NCBI GenBank assembly: GCA_963749655.1
Contig: CAVVOB010000024.1
Span: 156,926-220,925, forward strand
Source of the DNA: Nitrospirota bacterium
GTDB taxonomy: Bacteria; Nitrospirota; UBA9217
Length of the DNA: 64,000 nucleotides
Direction of reading: 5' to 3'
The notes under the pieces are model-generated. The model worked only from the letters and a program-made list of their open reading frames with translations, did not search any database and had not been told where the DNA came from. A program made the position numbers and the translations under genes. Position 1 is the stretch's first letter, and every line of letters begins with the position of its first letter. Positions 56,274-64,000 of the stretch are shown one piece after another.

Positions 56274-56741
56274 TCATTCCAGCCGGAAGGGGGAATCAGG
56301 GTCGTCCTCAAACCGGATCTCATCCACCGCCTCGAGGCGCCCGGGGCCGCGGTAAAGACGGTTGGCGAAATTGCAGACAAAGCCGGGAATCTCACCCACA
56401 TTCTGATAGGCGTGCACCACCCCCGGGGGCACGATCAGCACCGCCGGGCAGGATGCTCCCAGGTGAAAATCCTGGCGGATCCCGAACGTGGGGCTGTCGG
56501 CCCGGTTATCCCACAGGACCACGCGAAAGTCGCCCGGCCCGGCGAAGCAGAAGAGATCGGTCTGGTCCCGGTGGGCGTGGGGGCCCCGCCCCACCCCCGG
56601 TTGGGTCACCGACAGATAGGCCATCACCGGGATATGTTCCGGCGCAGTTTCATCCTGGCGGAAAATTTCCGCCAGCCAGCCGCGCTGATCCGTATAAACC
56701 GTCAGGGGTCGGCAAATCACCCCGGAAATCTTGACTTCCAA
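56274..56741 (-). CDS. rmlC: dTDP-4-dehydrorhamnose 3,5-epimerase
   Basis: TTG start after GGAG; DQRGWLAE, RGPHAH, DNRADSPT, PPGVVH. Confidence 0.9.
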   Translation of the reverse strand: MEVKISGVICRPLTVYTDQRGWLAEIFRQDETAPEHIPVMAYLSVTQPGVGRGPHAHRDQTDLFCFAGPGDFRVVLWDNRADSPTFGIRQDFHLGASCPAVLIVPPGVVHAYQNVGEIPGFVCNFANRLYRGPGRLEAVDEIRFEDDPDSPFRLE

Positions 56742-56932
56742 ATTAACTCCTTCCCGTGCATGACCAGGCAATAGGTCAATTCTCCGGCATCTGAGCCTGG
56801 CGCAGTGAACCGGATACGCGCCAGCCTGCTTTCTCAGTACACCAAGTTTAACATATGCCCTTTCCGGTCTGAAATCAACAAAGAAATGTTCCGATCTTTG
56901 AACTTCCCGCCCCTTTGAGTAAGGCGGCGCCA

Positions 56933-57080
56933 CCTTCAAACCAGGGACCGGCCTCTTCGCTGCAGGCGGCACCCGAAGCACATCTATCCGGCTGGTGAAA
57001 AACGTTCCAACACCCTGAACGTTGATCCTGAGAGGAGCGCTGGCGCTGGTCCCCAGGCCGGTCCCTGGTCTGACCGAAGG
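56933..57080. repeat. long inverted repeat / candidate structured element
   Basis: Perfect 15-bp IR accagggaccggcct (56940-56954) / aggccggtccctggt (57055-57069), inner 7-bp IR at 57001-57023. Confidence 0.6.
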
Positions 57081-57155
57081 GGACCTTGGGTCGCCAATGC
57101 CCCAAAGCGGCAGGCGGACCCGCAAATCCGGACATGGCGCCTTGAGCCCCGGATA

Positions 57156-57813
57156 TCAGCTGCCGACGATGTAGGTGTAAATCGCCCGGATGATGGGATC
57201 AAAATAAGGGCTGAAAATAGCCTGGTGGGTGAGGCGCTCTGCCAGCGCCAGGGCCAGGACCAGATAGGGTCCGACCAGGAATAGCAGCGTCCTGGTCCGC
57301 TCTTCCATCTGGGGCATCAATTCAGAGACCAGATATCCCATGGCCATCGGCGGCACCGGGATCAGATTATAGATGGCCGTGGTGAGGTTAACCCCGACGA
57401 CCATCATAAAGACCCGGGGATTATATTCAAAGACATTAAAAATCATCACGATGCTGCCCGCGATGCTGGCCAGGAGCAGATTCGCCAACGGCCCCGCCGC
57501 CCGGGTCAACACCATGTAGAGCCGGGGATGCTCGAATTTACTGCGATCGATATCAAAAATCCGGGGCCAGCCGAAGCCCCCGATCAGAAAGCAGATCGAC
57601 CCCAGGACCCCCAGGTGCAGGAAGGCGTTAAAATGGAGGCGATCCCTGGCCCCCGGACGGCTGTCCCCCAAAAAATTGGACATAAAGGCCTGGGCCTCGG
57701 CATTGAGGGTGACGGTCACCAGCACCGACACGGCAAAAGGCCACCGCCGAATCAATGGTGAGGGTAGAGGGGTCGAGCAAAAAAGGCACCGGCCAGGCAC
57801 TTTCAGTGGACAT
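57156..57813 (-). CDS. site-2 protease (M50)-like membrane protein lacking metal ligands (5' frameshifts)
   Basis: FGW, AAGPLAN, YNLIPVPP motifs; HExxH absent. Confidence 0.75.
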
Positions 57814-57933
57814 CAGGGTTACCTTGATCCTTTACTCAGAAAATGGTTTAACGCCGCCCTTGATATAATAAACATTTTCCTGGTTTGCGGGTGACACTTT
57901 CTTACGGAGAGAGAAAAATTCCTTAACAATAGA

Positions 57934-57967
57934 GAGAAGGCAGGGGGTTTTGCCACCCTGCCTTCTC
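57934..57967 (-). terminator. hairpin terminator after OFA transporter
   Basis: 12-bp IR gagaaggcaggg / ccctgccttctc. Confidence 0.65.
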
Positions 57968-58042
57968 GAGATAGCTTAGTTTTTCCGTCCCTCACGTAAC
58001 CGCCTGAACCCTTAAGGTTAAGCGGGGTGAGGCCGTGGAGAT

Positions 58043-59332
58043 TTATTCGGTGGCGTGCATGGGCCGCTTGGTCACCCGGGAGATCACCACCGCGATGATC
58101 AGCACGATGGCCGACAGGATGAAGGCCCAGGTCAGGGAGCCGGTGATGTCCTTGATGGTGCCGGCCAGCCGGGTCATGAAGAAGCCCAGACCCCAGCCGA
58201 TGAACACCAGGCCGTAGTTCATGCCCAGGTTCTTGGGGCCGAAGAAGTCCGCAGTGTAGGCGGGCATCAGGGCCAGACCGCCGCCGTACTGCCAGTAGGC
58301 GATGCCCACGGCCAGGAACAGCATGAAGATGTTGCCGCTGGCAATAATGGTCGCCAACAGGAACAGCGCCACGGCCGATACCAGGCAGTTGATGGTGTAG
58401 GCGTTGTCCCGGCCGATCTTATCCGAATACATACCGGTGCCCACCCGGCCCAGGGCGTTGATCAAGCCGCCCCAAGACACCAGGATCCAGGTGTTGGCCA
58501 TGAGGAAGGGGCTGCCCTTGGCCGCGGTGGCCAGAATGGGGGCGGCGTTGGCGATGACCAACAACCCCGACTGGGTGGTGCCGATGAACATGATGACCAG
58601 GGCGAAGAACTGCCAGGTCTTGAAGATTTCCGACGGGGCCCAGTCGATGATGGTGCCCGCCGCCTTGGCCGGGGCCACGCCCGCCTTTACCGGGGCCGCC
58701 GGGGCCACATAGCCCGGAGGCGCCTTGGCCAGCTGGGAGCCGGCGATGATGACCACCGCCGCAAAGAAGATGCCCAGGAAGATCCAGCTGTAAGTCACGC
58801 CGCCGGTGGCAATCAGATAGGAAGCCAGAGGACCGATGTACAGGGCCGCGCCGCCGTAGCCGCCTACCACCAGGCCGGCAATCAAGCCACGCTTATGCGG
58901 GCCGAACCAGGAGAGAGCCGCCGGCGTAGGCGCCGCATAACCGATCCCCATGCCGATGCCGCCGAAGATCCCGAACCCGATTACCAGGCCGGCGTAGCTT
59001 TTCATCAGACCGGCGATGATACAGCCCACCGCCAGGAAGAGGCCGCCGGTGATGGCCCCCACCTTGGGGCCCGCCTTATCCTGGATGCGGCCGCCGGGGA
59101 TCATCAATAATGCAAAGATAATGACGCACAACGAAAATGGCGTAGCAGCTTCCGCATTGGTCAGGTAAGTCCAGCCGATCGCCGGACCCTCGGTAATGAG
59201 CTGGCCCGCTTTTTTGACGTCAATCAACGCCTTGGACCAAACGCTCCAGGCGTACAGGATGCCCAAACACAGGTTGACCGCGGTACCGCAAAATACCACT
59301 GCCCATGCTTTTCCTGGTACTTTGTCTGCCAT
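58043..59332 (-). CDS. OFA (oxalate/formate antiporter) family MFS transporter
   Basis: LGILYAWSV, GGRIQD, GIGYAAP, ADFFGPKNLGMNYG. Confidence 0.92.
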   Translation of the reverse strand: MADKVPGKAWAVVFCGTAVNLCLGILYAWSVWSKALIDVKKAGQLITEGPAIGWTYLTNAEAATPFSLCVIIFALLMIPGGRIQDKAGPKVGAITGGLFLAVGCIIAGLMKSYAGLVIGFGIFGGIGMGIGYAAPTPAALSWFGPHKRGLIAGLVVGGYGGAALYIGPLASYLIATGGVTYSWIFLGIFFAAVVIIAGSQLAKAPPGYVAPAAPVKAGVAPAKAAGTIIDWAPSEIFKTWQFFALVIMFIGTTQSGLLVIANAAPILATAAKGSPFLMANTWILVSWGGLINALGRVGTGMYSDKIGRDNAYTINCLVSAVALFLLATIIASGNIFMLFLAVGIAYWQYGGGLALMPAYTADFFGPKNLGMNYGLVFIGWGLGFFMTRLAGTIKDITGSLTWAFILSAIVLIIAVVISRVTKRPMHATE

Positions 59333-59463
59333 GAGATCCCTCCTTAAAGATAAAAAATGAAATAAGACTTGCGGGTAATGTGGTTAATGATTGCCGATGC
59401 CTTTTCCCTGATCCTCGAACCCCACCTCCTTGCCGGGAAAAATTTTTATATCGAAGTAATTAG

Positions 59464-59479
59464 TGCAAGGTGCCTGCCA
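59464..59479 (-). promoter_or_regulatory. sigma54 (-24/-12) promoter
   Basis: Minus strand TGGCAG-GCACC-TTGCA upstream of OFA gene. Confidence 0.65.
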
Positions 59480-59893
59480 AAGCTATAATAGGCATGAATA
59501 AATTCGAGAGTCAATGAAAATAGCTAAAATCATTAGCGATTATGAAAACTTTCACAAGCTTTCCGCTCCCCTTTCAGACTGCCGATATTCCCGCGCCTCG
59601 GGTCATTCTTCCCACTTGGTGGGGTGCTTCACCCCATCTGCTTGGGGCCAGGGCGTGGCGCGGCGCGCCCCTGGCGAAAGCCGTCTACGTCCCGTCCTCA
59701 CGCGGCGCCGAGACCGGTGGGACGGTGCGCCAACCGCCTCGCCGATACGCACTGGTATACCAAGCTCAGCTCGGGTCTCCAGGCTGCCGTGCAGGCCAGG
59801 ATTTCTGAGTGGGAAAGGATTATCGGGAAGCAGAGGACTATCCTGATAATTTGAGGATTCTGACGCTGCGTGGCTGGGAGGCGGCAAAAAAGC

Positions 59894-59922
59894 TTGCACC
59901 CGGCCGGAGTTTTTCCTATATT
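59894..59922 (+). promoter_or_regulatory. sigma70-like promoter of secG
   Basis: TTGCAC-N17-TATATT. Confidence 0.55.
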
Positions 59923-59933
59923 ATATTATTCAT

Positions 59934-60281
59934 ATGACTACCATCGTCGTGATCATTCATGTCATCGTGTCCCTGGCCCTGATTTCCATCGTGCTCTTGC
60001 AGCACGGCAAGGGAGCCGGGATCGGCGCAGCTTTCGGCGGCTCCAGCCAGACGGTCTTCGGCTCCACCGGGGCCGCCCCGTTTCTGGCCAAGCTCACCGC
60101 CATCGTCGCCATTATCTTTATGTGCACCTCCCTCGGCTTGACTTTTATGGGCCGGCAGCAAGCGCCCTCGGTGATGCAGGGGGCGGGGAAACCGGCGGCT
60201 ACCCAACCGGCGCCGGCCACTCCGCCGGCCGCCCCGGCCCAACCAGCCCCGCCGGGTCCGGCCGCACCCCCAAGCAAATGA
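59934..60281 (+). CDS. secG: preprotein translocase SecG
   Basis: VLLQHGKGAGIGAAFGG, FLAKLT; followed by tRNA-Leu. Confidence 0.96.
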   Translation: MTTIVVIIHVIVSLALISIVLLQHGKGAGIGAAFGGSSQTVFGSTGAAPFLAKLTAIVAIIFMCTSLGLTFMGRQQAPSVMQGAGKPAATQPAPATPPAAPAQPAPPGPAAPPSK

Positions 60282-60291
60282 TCACCCATGT

Positions 60292-60378
60292 GCCGAAGTG
60301 GTGGAACCTGGTAGACACGCCATCTTGAGGGGGTGGTGGGGAATACCCGTGCGGGTTCAAATCCCGCCTTCGGCACCA
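60292..60378 (+). tRNA. tRNA-Leu(GAG)
   Basis: GCCGAAG/CTTCGGC acceptor stem, TGGTAGAC D-loop, anticodon GAG, variable arm, TTCAAAT T-loop, CCA end. Confidence 0.96.
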
Positions 60379-60390
60379 TATTATTAATTT

Positions 60391-60424
60391 AGGCGTAATC
60401 TCAATAGGTTACGCCTTTTGTTTT
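60391..60424 (+). terminator. terminator after tRNA-Leu
   Basis: aggcgtaatc...ggttacgcct followed by T-rich tail. Confidence 0.65.
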
Positions 60425-60536
60425 GGCCTTCTGGCCGAATTCTGCACCGAACATTTGGCCGAACCAAACTATGAGATAGAACCGATTTTCCTCAATGATT
60501 TCAACTCGGTGCCATTCGGTGCAACCTTGGCCCAAC

Positions 60537-61250
60537 TCATTCCTGCCCCTGCTGACCAGCGTAAATGGATTCGCCTGGTTTTGCCTTCGGTCCCCGCAGA
60601 GTTCTGGTCAAATCCATCTTCCCTTCCCCCGGAATCCAATGGCCGTAAATATCCACCGTGATGGAGATGGAACTATGCCCCAACTGCTTTTGCACATAGG
60701 CGGGGGAGTAGTGGTCCATCAAGAGCATGGTGGCATAAGTGTGCCGCAGATCGTGGGGGTTGCGAACCCGGAGCCGGGCGGCCTTACAAGCCCGCTGCAT
60801 GGCCCGCTGGATCATGCGCTGCGTGATCCCCGGGAAGAGGTACCGGCCAGGTAACTTACCCTCAGCCATGCCTTCTTTCCGCATTTTCTTAATGTGGACT
60901 TCCAGCTTGCCCACCAGGGCTTCGTCCAGGTCAATCAGCCTCTTGCCACTCTTCGGCGGCCCAAACCGGCCCGCTCTGGTCGTCTCGGTGACGTTGTATT
61001 GACAGTTCCGGGAGTCCAGGTTATCCCCGCTCATCGCCAGGGCTTCCCCCAGGCGCAAGCCCGCCATGGCCATGACCTCCAGGATCAAGGGATAAGGGCC
61101 GGGAAGCTTTGCCCAGGCGGCTAAGAGAAATGCTTCCAGGTCTTGCCGATTGAAGGGGTCCGGCTCGCTGCGAACCCTCTTTTTCTTGGAAGGGAGAATA
61201 CGCTTGAGCAGCCCATGGGCCGGATTAACCTCAGTGTACTGTTCACTTAG
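60537..61250 (-). pseudogene. tyrosine recombinase/integrase, N-terminally truncated
   Basis: GLRLGE, PKSGK, HDLRH, LGHSS, DIYGH intact; no N-terminal binding domain or good start. Confidence 0.8.
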
Positions 61251-61311
61251 AAAAGCATGGGAACAAACCAAGAGACGTCGACCATTACCTTAAAACCAGA
61301 AGACATGATGT

Positions 61312-63229
61312 TCAGCGTCTCTTTTTTATGATCGGTTTTCCGTCCAAGTCATCCAGGATCTCTATCAAACAGCGTTTGCGGGCGTGCGTTGCCTTCAGAC
61401 TACTCAGGTATTGATCCCATTGCACCTGTTTATTCTGTCGGGCCATTACCTCTCCTGCTTTACGAAGGTATTTTGCCGCTTCCTGGTAGGCCTTGGGCTT
61501 GACCTGAGCGATCAGTCGTTCCGCCTTGTTCTTCCAAACGGCCACCGCCCGATCCGGCGCATGGGCTTGAACGGCGTTGGCGATGGCGTCTTCATCAACC
61601 CCGAGCCACCCGAAATGGCCTTTGGGACGCTGGTTCGTACCATTTCAGCACTTGGTCGGGCTTTTTCTCAAGAATAGCGATGTTAATCAGATCACCGATC
61701 AGAGGAAATCGATTACGCTTATCTGCCTCGGGCCGCTCCAGGCCGGATTCCGGCAGGGGCCAGCCCTTCTGCTTCCAGGGCAGCTCACCGTTTTCCAGGT
61801 AGAGCAAAAGAAATTCGCGTACTTGGGGCCAGGCCTCGTTTTCGTCGCAGGCTTTTTGGCATTCCGTGAAGGCCTGTCGAGAAGGATGACGTACGAATTC
61901 TTCGACCTGCAGCGCCGCCACCACCGGCCAGTTCTGTTCGAACGTGCGAATCTCCCGCATTTTATCTCGCAGGCCGGCGGATAGGCCGGGCCATTTGTTG
62001 CCGATATCTCGAAGGCCTTCCTTTATCCATTTTTCGGCGTCTTCATAGCGCCGCACTCTAATCAGCTGTTTGACCAGACGGTCATAGCTTCTACTCCATT
62101 TCGCCTCAGCGATGCACAGGGGGATGATCTCAGCCTCCCGGCCGGCTCGCTCCAGGGCATGGATGGCCCAATCGCTGAGCCGGTCTCGTTCGTAGTTGCG
62201 ACTGAAATCATCAGCGCCCTTAGTACTTTTTAACCCGTGCAATCGCGCCAGCAGCAGGTCTGCCAGTGTGTGCCAGACTGTTTGGGGATGTTGCCGGTGC
62301 AGGTATTCCACAAAGGCCTCGCACACCTCAAACTGATCCTCCAGCAAGGCATCCAGCGCCCAGGTCAGTTTATCGGCAGGATCAAGGGACGACCGGTCAA
62401 GGGCCTCGACGATCACCGGCATGCATTCGGCAATTTCTATGGCGGTTTCGCCTTCGTCGTCGCTCTCCTCCACCTGGTGAATGCCAGTCGTCACCAGCTC
62501 CCGGCCCAAGCTTAGCACTTCGTCGGTGTGCCCCGCCTTGAGCAGCGTCTCGAGCTTTTTGCGAATCATGGAATAGTCCGGCGTATAGCCCTCACTATTC
62601 CAGTAGTTCTGCCAGCCGGGCTCACTGCCGAGGTTGGGCGATTCTCTTACGCAGGCGCGTCACCAGGGCTTCGGTATTGCCGGGAATCACCTGTTTTCGG
62701 TCGGACAAATCCCTGGCCATTTCCGGGTACTGCCTGGCGAGCCATCATGAATCAGGTCGATGAGCTGGGCTTTAGTTTTGCTCTGGAGAAAATCGTCGAT
62801 ATCCTGTCGTATTATCCTGTCGGACATGACGGATTACCTGAAGTTTTCATCATCATCCCGACCTTCATCTGCCAACAGTATCAGGCGGTCGTCATCCTGC
62901 TTGGCTTTGGGAACGAGGCGGTTATTTTTCGACCTGCTTCAGGTATTCGATCACCACGGCCACCCCGTGCTTACAGTCGCGTTCGTAAGGACAGGGTGCA
63001 GATCGAATCCGGCAGGCCACCTTCATCCATGGCCACCCTGGTGGCATAGCGCTCCGAACCACTCCACCCAGGCAATCAGGCTGCCGTCTTCCGTTACGGC
63101 CAGATCGGCAACCCGTCCCTGCCGCTGATAATTTTTGCCCCGGGATCCAATGGTCCCGCCGGCCCATGCTTCGATATCATCCCAGGTCAGATCGGGAAAC
63201 CGGTCCAGTTCTGTCTTCTTTTTCGGCAT
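61312..63229 (-). CDS. SWIM zinc-finger protein with long helical C-terminus (several frameshifts)
   Basis: TIGSRGKNYQRQG, C-x-CPYERDCKH SWIM motif; C-terminal YQEAAKYL...HARKRCLIEIL. Confidence 0.8.
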
Positions 63230-63429
63230 TGGCTTACCTTTCTTGGCGTTCTCGTTTCGGAAACCGAATGTCGCAAATTGTAGTATGAGCTTGCCCTAAA
63301 TTATGCCGTGCTTCAGGTAGACTTTGGAAGGAGGGTTATCCATCCAGATAATCTTCGAGCATTTCATTGAATAATACGGCGGCCCCACTGCTGTCCGGCT
63401 TGCTTATTGAGTAGCAAGGTTGTGGTGTA

Positions 63430-63863
63430 TCAGGTGAAATATCTTTCCGAAAAGGGATTGCGGATGGGCTTCTTGGGCAGACGAGCCAGGATGGATTGAT
63501 AAACTTCACCAGCCATGGCCCGGAATTGTCTGGCCTCCTCCAGGGAAGGGACCTCAGCCTCTCCAGGGTAGCGAAACTCCCAGGCAAATACGGTCAGATC
63601 TCTGGCGGGATTCGAACTTCTTTCAGAGTAGGGTCAACGGCTTCGCAGGCGGCGGCCAGTTCATCGAGGTCGTGGGTCTTGCGGAATATCCGGTCATGGG
63701 CGGTTAGGAATCCCTTCAGGGTTTTCTCAGCGGCCTGCTGGCAATGAAACAGCATATCTTCAATAAACGGTGGGGATGTACCACAGTCGATGTCGGCTCC
63801 ACGCAAGTCGCTGGCCGCTTTTTTCAGCCAGGACCGCACCTCGGCCAGCTTCTCAGGCTGCAT
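63430..63863 (-). CDS. HEPN domain protein (frameshift ~63605)
   Basis: WLKKAASDL, FHCQQAAEKTLK, KTHDL, then FRYP in second frame. Confidence 0.88.
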
Positions 63864-64000
63864 AAAGGAGCCTCCCCTCCCGTAGCACCGTGGCTGCGGG
63901 AGTCAACAGATCACCTTTCTACCCACCTCAAACTCTGCCTAGTGAGAACAATAACCTCCTTGGGCACGCCCAGGCCACAGAGCGCCCGAAAGGCTTGCTG
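63853..64000 (-). CDS. minimal nucleotidyltransferase (MNT), C-terminal part
   Basis: RALCGLGVPKEVIVLT...TVLREGRLLYAA*, overlapping HEPN start. Confidence 0.8.

Larger units (their letters stand above)
60379..64000. mobile_element. probable genomic island integrated at tRNA-Leu (left part)
   Basis: Integrase adjacent to tRNA 3' end, somewhat lower GC by eye, TA cargo; other att end not in window. Confidence 0.65.

Overview
The window appears to be three unrelated DNA blocks joined mid-gene. Block 1 (1-~44575, moderately GC-rich, style suggestive of a Nitrospirota/deltaproteobacterial anaerobe; lineage is inference) is mostly housekeeping: rpmF-plsX-fabH-[acyl-CoA dehydrogenase-etfB-etfA]-fabD-fabG-acpP-fabF-rnc, an arsS/AhpD/YeeE/pntAB redox region, secDF-yajC-tgt-argS, ubiX, and a sigma54-driven binding protein-MCP pair. 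Block 2 (~44575-46447) is very AT-rich and holds truncated fucose-isomerase-like and GATase-like genes. Block 3 (~46447-64000, GC-rich) has bioA, a hybrid kinase/NtrC pair, rmlCDB, an OFA transporter, secG, tRNA-Leu(GAG) and the start of an island (truncated integrase, SWIM protein, HEPN-MNT). Single-base frameshifts are frequent, even in essential genes, and are treated as sequencing errors, so frameshifted gene ends are approximate. Best candidate for an undescribed system: a Bcd/EtfAB-like module with electron-bifurcating signatures sits in the slot of the fatty-acid synthesis operon that FabK occupies in many anaerobes, suggesting a bifurcating enoyl-ACP reductase. Other leads: a Sec-recoded ArsS with a SECIS-like hairpin, a structured terminator/antiterminator leader before cooT, a family of inverted short-tandem-repeat intergenic elements, and a site-2 protease homolog lacking all Zn ligands.
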